64,000 bases of DNA from the NCBI GenBank assembly GCA_965153455.1, contig OZ234493.1, positions 24,790,213 through 24,854,212 of the forward strand, written 5' to 3'. This stretch comes from Sphagnum compactum. Taxonomy: Eukaryota. Position numbers and translations under genes: made by a program. Numbering within the stretch: the first letter of the stretch is position 1; each line of letters opens with the position of its first letter. Below are positions 51,316-64,000 of the stretch, piece after piece. The notes below the pieces were generated by a model that did not search any database, had not been told where the DNA came from, and saw only the letters and a program-made list of their open reading frames with translations.

Positions 51316-52711
51316 GGCCACAGTGAAGGAACCAGCACCCACCAGTGCTCCATCCACTGGATGCCCGTTGTTACTCAGTTGTGGATGAACCTCAACTGAG
51401 GTTAATATTTGATTTCATCTTGGTAACCATTTCTGTAGGAAAATAGGTCTCATATATGGACAGATAGGTAGGAAAATATCCATTTTTTTGGCCAATTTTT
51501 TTCACTTACACACAGGGCATCAAATATTAAGATTTTTCAATTTTTTTTAGAACCCACTTGGTATCAACTTGTCGAAATAATCAACCACTAAAGGTATCAA
51601 TTTATTTTTGTGTTTTTTTTACATGTAAGAACTGGCTGATATGCATAATGTTCGATTTTTGCAAGACCTTCCTAAGAATTGGCCAATATCGTGCCTAGGT
51701 CAATTATCAAACAACGTTTTTTTTAAAGCAAATTATTTTCATTCTTCTTATTTTCATTCCTTTCACTTTATTTTATTTTATTTTATCTTCATATTTTCTT
51801 ATTTTCATTTTGTTAACATTTCTTATTTTCTTATTTTCATTTTGTTAACATTTCTTATTTTCTTATTTTCATTTTGTTCACATTTTCTTATTTTCATTCT
51901 TTTCACATTTTTCTATTTTCATTCTTTTCCCATTAACCAAAACTTCAAGACTCCAAAATGATATAGTGTAATCAAAATCTTTCAAACTAGACACTAGTGC
52001 ATTGCATTCACACATTTACACCTCATAAAACCAACACTCAATTGATGTCAATATTTCAAAGTATAATTTCCAATATACCTCCTTCCTCACTTACAACAAT
52101 GTTGCCTACATAAAAACATTAAAAAATGAAAGTGGATTGGATTAGACTATCAAAATATGATTACTTGATATCACCTTGATGATCTATTAACTATGACTTT
52201 CAAACCCACTCAATCTTTATTCCTTGCAATTCTATTTTTTGAACTGCATTCCTCTCTCTAAACTTAATTATATATTTAAACATAGCTTCACTTTCACAAT
52301 TTGAAAAAAAATTGACTAATGAACAAATAGCATTTCTACTCTCTAATGACTCATGAAATCTCTCACAAAACCTCAAATCCAAACGTTCATCTTTCAACCC
52401 CGACTCAATCTTGATTCATTGCATTTCTCTCCCTAAACATAACTCTCTCTAAACATAACTTCATTCTCACTATCTAAATGTGAATGAAACTATCTACCCC
52501 TCATCTACAAATCATCAAAACCTAATACATAGCTAAGGGTTGTTTTTACTACCTACCTACTAACAACTTGCTTGTGCATTGTTGGTAGATATGTAAAAAA
52601 AAAGTAACCAAGTTAACCACCATTTTTTTTAGGGAATTGGAACCCAACAAAAAATTGATTTTTACCGTTCAACCTTCATGGTATGCTGGTGGGTGTTGGT
52701 TCCCTATGGCC
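51316..52711. mobile_element. Non-autonomous TIR DNA element carrying an approximately 1-kb internal insertion
   Basis: Left end GGCCACAGTGAAGGAACCAGCACCCACCAG; right end CTGGTGGGTGTTGGTTCCCTATGGCC. Subterminal segments match an inverted, more compact copy at about 55400-55693. Confidence 0.7.
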
Positions 52712-55399
52712 AAATCAGAGACCAATGCAAACTCACAAAAGATTTCCTAGGTTTGAATCCTTTGTTACCTTACTTCATGGAAAAAGAAATTGTCATAAAA
52801 CAAGAAAAGTTGATGACCCTGCAACAATGTTGGGTGAATTTGAAGTGCCTAAACCCTAGACCTTCAACCCTAAATACAAGCGAGTGTGAAAGTAAAATAC
52901 TTATCAAAAGAACCAAAAAGATGTGAAAGGATGGGTGTTAACATAAATCTTAAGCTTTGAATAGAAGGTTTTCGTTACCTATGCGAATTCTGTGTATGGT
53001 GATGCATCTTTGATATAAGATTGCTACAACTGAAATTTTGATGAACAAATTATCCTCCACAATACGGAGCCAAAACTTTAATCATATGTCCTAATTTGTA
53101 TATTTATAAATTCTTTACAATTCAAGAATGTGCCCATAATTTTGCATATATAATGGGGCCGTCTTTGGAAATTTTTATTAAGATTGATTTCCATGATTTT
53201 TGTTAGCGAGATTTCGTTCAAAGTTTTACTACATAGTTAATTGCTTGTTGAATCCTCATGCTTGGTGAATGGTATTCAAAGTTAAAACCTATGAGAAGTA
53301 AAGTCTCCTTCATCATTAGACTATAAAATCTTAGATATAAATATCTTTCATTGGAATGAATATGTGCCAAATCAAAAAAGTTATTCAAGTGTATACATTT
53401 TCAATCTATACATTAAGATAGGTGTTTGTTTTGTTTGTGATACAAACCCTAGGGACCCTCATTGTGCTTTTGGTATCATTGGAAAGCTCTCATGTCTGCA
53501 ATGATCATTTCCCAAATTTTAGATCAATGTAATAAAAGCTATTGAATTTAAAGTGATTTTTATCATTAGAAATTAATTTTAGATTACAAATTTGTTATTT
53601 CCTACCTTTCAGTCAATGCCTTTTCATCATATTGATTCTTTTCTTTGCTTTTTCACAACCAAAACCTTGACACTTGGGTTAATGATGTTTGAATTCATAC
53701 TTGAACCAACAATTTTTTTTTCATAATTAAGTTTTTTTTTTTTAATTTGTGTTTATTAGAACTTGGAAGAAGTGTTTTTTCAAAGTTGTATCCCTCAAAA
53801 GCCTTCAAGATGGTCCCACTTGGGCCAAGAACAAGTGAATACATGTTGAAAATCCTTTTGGAAATGCTGATATATAAATTATGTACATTGATCGACAAAT
53901 CAGAACTTGTTAGATGGCTAAACCTATATATGGTTGCACGTTACATTATTTGTTATCAAAAGATCACAACTAACTTGTATTATAGAATTGAACATTTAAT
54001 AATTTTATTGTTTTCATATATTCTCTTGGAAATTCAAAAGCTATTAATTCTAAAGAGAAACCAAAAAAAATTTATTGGCAAAGTTCCCCAAAAAATGATA
54101 TTTATAAGTGGTAAAAAAGGGAGGGGGGACATTTGGTATTTAATTTTCATATTTCCACAAAACAAATGTTACTTTTGTATATTACATTACAATAGGTAAC
54201 AAAAAACATAGAAATATGTTTCAAAACATTTTTTTTCATATCTTGATTATAGCCAAATTTGGCTAAATCTTCTTCTAGATGATCACCACTTTGGCTACAT
54301 CATAGTTGTTATATAATTCATTTAAAAAATATTGAAGAAGAATGTCTTTAAAAATTAATTAAACTCAAAATTGTAACATTTAAAAACTTATTTACATAGA
54401 CATCACCCAAGGTGTACAACAACATTTTGACTTGGCCTAATATTTTGTGGATATAAAATATTTAATTTAACATGATTTTTTTATAATTGCCAAAGTTGTG
54501 ACATGCAAATGTTCATAATATTCTAGATAAAGTTCAATTTCAAACCACCACAACCAAATTCATGGTAGTTTCATCATCATGGCAACCCATGGCCTTTTAT
54601 CCATGAAATAAAAAAACAATTGTGCATCCTTGTTTTACAATGTGAATTTAGTGAAATTACCATTTGCCAACAAGTAACATCAAAGATTTATAGTTGATCA
54701 TCACATTTACACGTCAAATCTTAATGTTGGATCTCAATTGAACCACTAGGCACATCACTACCTAAAGTTGAATCAATGCATATCATTCAAGTACATTTTG
54801 AAGTCGTGGTAATGAGTGATGACCATTGTGGGGATCAATTTCAAACCCTTTTTTAAGAGTGAAAAAACAATCACATTTAGTGGATGACACTCAAGTTGTT
54901 GTATGTTTTCATTTTTATACTATTAGTCAAGGATGGACTTGTAAAAAGCATGGATATAACATCAAATTCAATTAACATGTTTCAATGGGCAACAAGAGTT
55001 GAGTGGATACATTGGTCATAAATTTACATGGTCAATTTTTTTTACTCTTGTTTCTCTTTTGTTTGCAACATTATATCAATGTGAAAGCTTTTGGAAACAC
55101 TTATGTGGAAGGAAGAATTTTGCAACATCTTCTTACTGCATGTTTTGAAATGGTTAGGTATGGGTGTTTCTTTCATTTAATGGATTGTGGATCTTTTCAA
55201 ATTTGTTGCTATGGAGCTTTGGAGAATTATTTTTGAAATTCAAATTTGGGTTCATTACAAATTTTTAAAAATCAATTTATTTGACATTTTGAAATATCTA
55301 ATTCTTTGAAAAATTTTGAAAAAAATAATTTTTTCTATGTTTTTAAAAAATTACAAATTATAAATCATGTAGCGGGATGAATGGTAAGTGGTCAAGAAA

Positions 55400-55693
55400 C
55401 AATTTTCTGTTTGGTTTCAGTTCCCTAGCTAACCATGGTGCTTAGTTCAATTACTTTTCTTTTTTCCACCTACCTACAAACAACCCACAAGCAAGTTGTT
55501 AGTAGGTAGGTAATAAAAACAGCCTTTAGCTATGTATAAACCATTTATTCACCTAAAAGTTGCCTATTTTCCTACCTATCTACCTATATATGAGACCTAT
55601 ATTTCTTAGCGAATTGGTTACCAAGATGAAACCAAATATTAACTCAGTTGAGGTTCATCCACAACTGAGTAATACCAGACATCCAGTGGATGA
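55400..55693. mobile_element. Inverted compact copy of the 51316-52711 element
   Basis: 55566-55693 is a near reverse complement of 51351-51478 (CATCCACTGGATG...CTCAGTTGTGGATGAACCTCAACTGAG...), and 55400-55535 is a diverged reverse complement of about 52528-52660. Confidence 0.7.
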
Positions 55694-58600
55694 AAAATGG
55701 AAAACCCTAAATATCCGGATATGAATTGTTGCATCGGAGATAATTGGTAACCTAGAGGTTTAAATTCTTTGAAGGTATGGAACATATAAGCACCAAGGTT
55801 TTTTTAAAAAGTGCATCCCCCTTTCTCAAAGAAACAAGCCATCTCCTTTCCAAGGGGTTAAAAACTAATGGGTTTGATGTCTTGATTCGTTGGTGGTAGG
55901 GATTTTATTTTTTCAATTGGATACCTCCCCAATTTTCTCCTACATTAATATTTCACTCCTGATGAGTACGGGTACATATTTATATAAATTATGAAATTTT
56001 AAGAGTATGAGTACCATATTCATTTAAATTATTAAATTTTAAATGGAACCCAACTGGTTCTTAACCTGTATAGAGCTCCCAATTCTTACTAAGTCTTCAG
56101 AATCAAAGGTTTAATAAATTTAGAAAACCGTTCTCTTAATTACCCTACCGAGCTGGTAAATATTTCAGACTTACCTTGTCGTTATACCATATGGCTACTA
56201 TATATTTGAGGTTTGCCCGTATGCAAGGGAGGGTGAACTGATTTGAAGGTGGTAAAAAAGGTGGGGTAAAGGATCATGATGTACCTATGTTATGCCTTTA
56301 TGTGTTCTTACTATGTCTTTTCACCCCAGTTGATATGTTTTTTGAAACTTTATTTGAACCATTAAACAAGCGATATATTAAAATTGATACGTATACCCAC
56401 CTACTCGAGTTTTCCTTAAAGTCATCCTCTCTTCACCCTGTCTTTGGGCCTCTTTTCACCCCCTATACCCTTCTTTGAGTGTGAGGTTTAGGGTTTAGTT
56501 CCGCAAACTATGGAAGTTTTATTAAATCTGGGTATGAAATGCTGAAAATGAGCATTTAGTGCACAAGGATCGAAGTAATTATAGTAGTTGTACATGTAGG
56601 AGCAGTGAAAATATATGTAGCAGCAGCAGCAGTGGAAGCGCTCAGGAAAAAGAAAGGAAAGACGGGGTCAAAACCGGATCAAACTCAGTTTGGCACAAAA
56701 AGTGGTGCATTTCTGAGTTTGACCCCGTTCAATGCTAATGTACTCTTTTGGAGGTTTTTTTTTTTTTTGGGTTAATCTCACCCGGTTTTGGACCAAACTC
56801 AGGGTACTGGTGCCGTGTTTTCCTGACTTTTATGGAAAACTCTAATATGGGTATGAAATCTGGGTATGGAAGTGCATTTGCATGAGGTTGTCTAATCTTG
56901 GCTGCAAAAAAATTTGCCCATCCACATGGAAATGCAACTAAATCCCGAGTAGAGAGTCTACAAGAGTAAGGTAACACTAGAGGAGCAAGACATTCCCAAA
57001 ATAAGTGCCTACGTAATGCACATTGTAGAGCCGAGCCCAGGTGCTTATTTTGGGAACACCTCACTCCAAGGATATTACGCGACGGAAAGTGCCACGTAAA
57101 TTGCAGAAAGTGGCAGCAAAAAAAATTACCCAAAGGGTGGCTCTAGATGGTAGCAATGTTTTACTTTTCTGGTGAACTGGTACGAAATTTCACCCTTGGG
57201 TAGGCCGCCCACCGACCCCAACATGAGTCTATTACAATCTACATGTCCAATTGGCCCACTTATGCTTTAACATGAGGTTTAGGGTTTAGGGTTCACCAAG
57301 TCGCATCCAATCTCAAAGAAAGTTTCACCAGATTTCTTTACTATCTAAAGGCATTTTTTATCTGCTATTTTCTACCAGTGTTTTTATTTTTGGAGATTTT
57401 TTACCATTTGGTAACAAAAAAATAAAAATAAAAAACCTTAGGCCATAAATTTTTTGATTTGCAAGATCTGAAAAAATTGTCATAATGCAATGACACAAAT
57501 GAGTGGAGTAGTCATCTTGTCATTTAACAATTCCAATCATGAGACACCCATATTGACCAATTCCTTTCATTGGATGTCAAAAATATGATTTGCGATAGGT
57601 TTCCATCACCACTTTGCTCCCCCCGATGTGCCTCCCATTGTTAAGAGTAATGAAAGCTTAAGAGCAATGTTCATAATTATTATCAATTTGTGATCAAATT
57701 TTTGTTATTTGTGATTTTTTCATATCAAGAGTGGTGCAATTGTCCGGTATCCACTTACTTTTGCTTTTGAAAGTACACATGAACTTGAAATTTCTTTTTA
57801 ATTGCAATTGACAATCATGAACATGTTTATGAATTCTTAAATGTTGATGCATCAAAGACTAGAATGTCACTAGTTGCAATAATATGAAATTATGTAGTGC
57901 AACTTGACATCATACCCATTGTGTAGGTTTTTCATTGATTTCAATTTTTTTTACTTAAACATCCCAATTATTTTTTTTGAATATGATTTTATTTGTGTAA
58001 GAATTTTAATGTTGTGAGTGTTCAATGTATTCTTGAAAACCATACATTGTTTATCATCTAAATTGTTGGTGCAAGTTTGAATTTCTTCTAATTGCACAAC
58101 TTTACTAATGATATATGATATAAAAAAAGGTCAACTTTTTAACATCCCCATCATTCAAAAATAATTCACATTCTTTGTGTTTTTTCTTCACTCTTTTTCC
58201 CATTTCTCATGTTCTTGTGTATGTTTCATAGATGATGGAAAATTGGGAGGGAATCCATTTTTTTAGTGGTATTCTTTTCTTGGTTTATGAAAACTTTGAT
58301 TATCTTGACTGAATGTGTGAGTTGTTTTTTTTAGGGTAGAGAGGTCCGTCATAGTACACTTAAGGTAAGGTTTTTCGTCGTTTTTTTTTGCAGGAGGCCC
58401 CATTGTTTATGGTGTCCAAAGAATAGATGGAGCCTTTTTCTTTGTGCATCTATTGCATTAAAATAAAAAAATATGGATTAGAGGCAAGAATTTTACGACC
58501 CCTTGAAGTAGGGGGGGGTCATTTTTACAAAAAAATCTTAATCAAACAACTCATAGCCTATTTTCGAACCCCCCAAAAAATACTTAAATATTATTATGTT

Positions 58601-60343
58601 GCTTTTAGAGTTAAAACATGATTTGTAGAACTTAAGACAATGATTTCAAAGCAATTTGAATCGCTCAATTTGGACAAAAACATGAGAAAGTTATGCACCG
58701 ATGAAATAGTAGGGGTCAAAATGAAAAAAACGCATTTTGCAATTCAAAAAAACGTTTTTTCTTTACTACTCTTTTTGGGCTGTTCCTTTGGCTTTGCATT
58801 TCCAAGATGAATTGTAAAGCTTGAGAAGGCACTCCTATTACATTTTAAATCACTCAAAATGGAGAAGAATTGAAAAAGATCTACCAAAACATTCGGTGAT
58901 AAGCTAGTGTTCAAAGATGACCCAATTTACCCTAGTCCTCCTCTAGCCTTTCACAAGCAGAAATTTGATTTGATGAAGTTTGATTGCACAAATATATTTT
59001 CAAAAATAAAATAAAAATCAAAGATGTAAACTTTATATAATAACTTTAAGTGCCTATTTTGTTGTGCATGGTTATGTGACAAAATAGACGTAAATCGACA
59101 ACTTTTCACATTCAATAGCCACAAAAACTTCCCATCTCAAAACATTTGTCATCACAATAACACATTGTTCAAAATTCAAGAAGTAGGTAGCCAAGAATAT
59201 AGAAATTTTCTGCTTTTTTTTTAACTTTCATATCTAGTGCGTAGCCAAATTTGGCTAAATGGTTTTTTGGATGATTGCCACTTTGGCTCCATCACAAAAT
59301 CCTTAAAAGAAACCCCGATAGGTAGAGAGCCGCCTTTCTCCCGCAATCGAGCGTTTGCCTTGCGACTACTACTCTGGTTGGAGTTTGGTTCTCACGACCT
59401 TTTTTGGTTGCGGAAATCGAGCAAGATTTTGCACAGGATCCGAGGCCACGAGTCTCGAAGATCGGCAGTGTGCCGCCTTTGATTTTTGGCGTGGATTTGG
59501 ATCCTAACTTTTCATGTCCAATAGGGTTCAGCCACAGTATAAGAGCTATAGATAGATCTGGTTGGGCCTGCATTCATGTCATGCATTGAATGTTAAAGCG
59601 TTGAAAGTAATTCAAAAAAATTCTGACTACCTGATCTCGATCTGACCTGATAATTTAATCATGACACCGAAAACACAAAGTTTACGCAACAACACACACA
59701 CATGATAAGGACAAAAATGACCACTCCTATATAATTATTACAGAGGCTGGATTCCGGCCTTGCCTACTAAGCTAAGCTCTAGCCAAAATTAGAATGTTTT
59801 CCTCTATGTAGGCTAGTGGAGTGATTTGGTCTCGGTTTCAAATTCTTTTGGACAGCTACACACAAGTTGGGATTCCGTGGATTTGGTGACCCACTAGGCT
59901 AAAATGGTCGTTGCAAAAACGAATACTTACATACCATGCTTACTCCTTCGTGTGAGTTCATAAAGAAGAACTGGGTCATGTGTCTAGTGCCAGAGGAAAG
60001 TCTTTAGGTACTGCTTTTGACTGCGAAGCGGCCTACAGCTCAGCTCAGGGGGTTGAGATCAGACACGTTACTAGATTTTTTACCTCTATTTTTCTCTATG
60101 CTAGAAACCACAAATAGTATGGACAGCTAATTAGGTCTGCTTCTACCTTAACTAATACTATGTCATCTGCACCAAGTCTACAGCAAAACCGAAAGTTAAT
60201 AAGGGAGGAGGCAGCAGCCCCCATCAACTCACCAAGTTTACAGTCTTAAACGCCAAATGGTGGCTTGAAGCCAAGAGATCATTTCTCAAGAGGACGACTA
60301 GTAGTAGCTAGTGCATTTTCATATTTTGCATGCTATGTGGTCA

Positions 60344-60463
60344 GCTCTCAGACTTGGCAAAATACAAATGATCAGTCTAGAGTCCATAAGTCCAGACTTG
60401 CTCTCAGACTTGGCAAAAATACAAATGATCAGTCTAGAGTCCACAAGTCCAGACTTGGCAAAA
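60344..60463. repeat. Tandem duplication, about 2 units of 57 bp
   Basis: CTCTCAGACTTGGCAAAATACAAATGATCAGTCTAGAGTCCAYAAGTCCAGACTTG occurs twice. Confidence 0.85.
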
Positions 60464-63400
60464 TACTTAAGTTCCCAATGGGTTTTCAACATTTCCCTTA
60501 CTTCTCAATCTGTTGCCCAACATGTTCTCAATAGTACCTCATTTTATCTCATACCCTTTGCCCTAAGTTTTACTCTTGTAACCTATAAAGGTGGCCCAGA
60601 AGGAGGGAACTCCAATGTATCTCTTTTGGGACTGTCCAAAGCTTGATTGATTTTTTTATTTTTTAAAATTTTGTGACGGGCCGATCAATGATGCTAATCA
60701 CAAAAGAAAATAAATTGAAGTTCAAAGGTCCCCACAACTAATTGATATGAGTCACACATTAATGTGGAAGATTTAAGCAAACAAAAGATTTTTTTAAGCT
60801 TTTTGTTAATGAGCCAACCTTGTTTTTCTGAGATATTACTAAGAGATGTTGCTAAAGAAACACTAAGGTCCCTTGTAGGAGTAGAGCTTTTCTTTTGTAA
60901 CATCGAACTATTTTCCTACAAGGGACCTTAGTATGCAAATTTTGAAGAAAAGATTAATAATACTCATTATCAAGCCATGCTACAGGGATGTCAAGTTTGA
61001 ACATCAAAGTTTGTGTTATAAATTCAAATAAGGTTTAAGGTAAATTGACCATGATCATGAAAACAAAAGCTGCCATATTATTAAAATTGTTTTCAGGAAT
61101 TGACGATCCATCATCCCACAACACTTAAGAGTATCAGACATTTGCCATGACAAGCATATGCAATGTGTGCATCATTGAACAATTGTGATTATTTAATGCA
61201 AGTGTGAACTCTACCACAGACAATGGGTAGCTTGACCTGAACAACAATCCAACAAGTCAAGCAACATTAAAACAAAACATAATACATCAAATTCACAAAT
61301 GACAACAAAACCTCAAATACTTGCATCATTAGTTCAATGGAAATGAACCAAGAGGACAATTCATGGTCTACCTACATGTTGAAACAACATAAATGATATC
61401 CATTGATATAATAAAACAATATCAAGGCATCATATACATGACAAACACCAACAACCTTTAACTTCTTGATGTCTTGGTTGTTAAGAAAATTTGCTGACAA
61501 TAAAAGTTTTGAGCAAACATTTGGATGACTAAGTTAAGATGTGTTCTTAACCTGCTACATCTTGGGTCGTTTTTCATTAAGTTGAATGTATTAAAACATG
61601 AGTCATCCTTGGGAAAGCTAAGGACTTTCATAATCACAATTATATTCAATTGTTGTACTTTGACATCTTATGCACAACAATCCAAAACGTGGTCACCTCA
61701 CAAACTTTAAGAGGTTACAACTACAAGGTTTAAGCACTACAAGCTGAGAATTGTTCCTCATTGTTGCAATAGATCTAGCATTCTACATATTTAAGGTTGT
61801 GGGGTTCAACATAGATGGGATCCACATCTCCATAAGGCCACACTTCTCATAAATAGTTTTGATCATGCCTATTAAGATACATAAGAAACATTGTTCTATA
61901 AGCAACCAATATTCGGTATGAACCACCCTAAGTGCACCATCAATTCATGAGGGGACATTATTCCTTTGAGCTCAAATATCATCTTTTTAACACTATATGC
62001 ACATTGACATTTTACTTTTACAATTGCTTTGACATGAATGTCCCTAATGACAAATCAAATAGTACCACCATGACCTAGTTCTTGTACCTTGCCAATATGT
62101 GAATTACCCTTAATTAAAAAATTTGATGATCAATCTTCGTGTTCAAGCTTGTGTTCCAGTTCATGTAATTGGTCTTGTGAATGCAATCCACACCAGTAAA
62201 ATGCTTGAAGGCATCACCCCCCCCAACATAAATATTTGATCAAAACACATTTGAAACAAGTAGCTCTATATACCATGAAAAGCTTTGTCCTAAAAAAGTG
62301 TTTTACATACAATTTTACATAAAGATGCAATGAAAATGTTTTCATTATTATGAACTCGTTAAAATGAGTTAAAATTTTGTTGGTTTATAAGGAAGGGCCT
62401 TGAAAGTGATTTGCTCACATTTGTATTGACAAATAATTTTTTTGGCCCTCTTGATAATCATTGTGTATATTGGGAAATTCAAATTTACTTTCACATTATT
62501 TAAAGTCCATAGGCCCACCACCTTTCCTTTAGCCTTACAAATGAATGTAAACATGTAAAAAAACCATATTGTGTAAGGAAATCCAAGTTTTAAAAAAAAA
62601 GTGCAATCAATTTCCTTGGAAGGCTTCACAATGTGCACAACTTAAAACTAGATACTTGGATGCTAGGTTTAAGGTGAATAGAATCCCCCAATCATAGGAT
62701 GGATAGAATCTAAACATAAAGAGTTGCAAAAATTTCCCACCTAATTTTTCCTGTCCATCTTGTTTCTAAGATGCTTTATTTTCAAGTGACAATTTGATAA
62801 CTCTTAGATAATGTAGTGTTTTTTTTGGGTCACACTTTGGGTTTTAAGTTTTGAACGAAGGGTGTTTTGTTGTTGTGGTTGGTGGGTCTACCTAAGTAGA
62901 ACAATATATTAAAAAATTGTTTCATGGTTGGCAAATGAAAAAACTTTCTACATGTGGTTTTCAAAAAGTAATAATTTTAGCCCACAAGGTGACTTTCACA
63001 TCTAGCAACCAATACGGGCCTTGTGCAATACATGATGAAACATTTGGTGATAATATATGTTCAAACCATTTGGGGATAATTAGGTGGAAAATGCAACATG
63101 TACGCATAAACATAATCACATAATCACATATGTTACACTTTAAATAAATGGAAATGTGAATGGCTTTTTTGTTATACATTGAAAATGTGTTTGGTAATTT
63201 GATTGCAATATAAATTGATATGAAACTTTGGTTGATATACTTTTTGTGCACCAAATTTGCATTTGTTTCCATGGACATATGCCCATATGTGGTCTAGTTG
63301 AAATTCGACTTTTGTGGTGCTTCCATTAAATTATGATTATTATTTGAATTTATCCATGAAATTTAATAGTTTTTGTGTTTTTTTTTTTGCATGACTTTTT

Positions 63401-64000
63401 TATAAAAAATGTCAACATTAAAACCTCCCAAAATCATGATTAGACAAAGCTTGAAAGAATGTTGATTTATAATTCAAAGACTATTTTAAAATGTATAAAA
63501 ATCAAACAAAGATGAACTTTATACACACATTTGATTTTTTTCTTTTCTTGTATCAATAGTAAAAGTTGTTGTTACGTATTGTTGTGTTGAAAAATTCCAA
63601 GTGTATATGTATGTCATACATCATCATAAACCCATGGCTATTGTGGATTGAAATACGTGAATACTTTGATGAATTTATATTTGTGCACAATTATTGATGC
63701 ATGATTAGGACAATTAATGTATTTGTTTATGATCAATGAACATTTTATATTAGTTGAACCTAATTTTGATTTGATGCAACTTGTGATTTTAACACAAAAG
63801 CACATTTTTCAAAAGGAGAAATATTGATGAATTGAAATGTTCAAAATCAACGATATTATAGTAAAGGAAACAAAAGGTTAAAAGAAGTTGAGTAACAATT
63901 TGTTTAACACACTAATAGAAAATGGCCATTTTGCAATTGGTCCTTATGACTAATTTTTAGTTGCAAGTGACATTTGCAATTAAAATCTTAATAATCGCGT

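Noticed and set aside
53747-54199. 150-aa ORF and similar short ORFs in AT-rich intergenic DNA
   Set aside because: Non-ATG start, composition driven by AT richness, and no recognisable motifs or splice structure.
57275-57293. TTTAGGG telomeric-type repeats (also at about 56486)
   Set aside because: Only 1-3 units with no associated gene; too short for an interstitial telomeric array.
59980-60082. GAGGAAAGTC motif with possible terminal pairing and a T-run, suggesting an RNase P-like or Pol III RNA
   Set aside because: Too short, lacks the other conserved regions and promoter elements, and cannot be supported.

Overview
AT-rich, intron-containing land-plant nuclear DNA; the gene set and repeat families look bryophyte-like, possibly Sphagnum (inference). 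Four genes can be reconstructed exon by exon: FCF1 (rRNA-processing PIN nuclease, minus strand), an organellar EngB/YihA-type GTPase (plus), a PLS-class DYW PPR RNA-editing factor (minus) and an EMS1-like LRR receptor kinase (minus). Also present are a large low-complexity protein of unknown function, a stop-interrupted spliced gene (probable pseudogene), a degenerate PIF/Harbinger transposase, several MITE-like elements and tandem repeats. The most notable observation is that the DYW-PPR gene extends 5' through phase-compatible spliced exons encoding a complete 'PDF' motif, the ssDNA-binding motif of plant OSB/PTAC9 proteins. This gives an apparent ssDNA-binding-motif / short PPR array / cytidine deaminase fusion. 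All assignments come from reading the sequence; no database searches were run.
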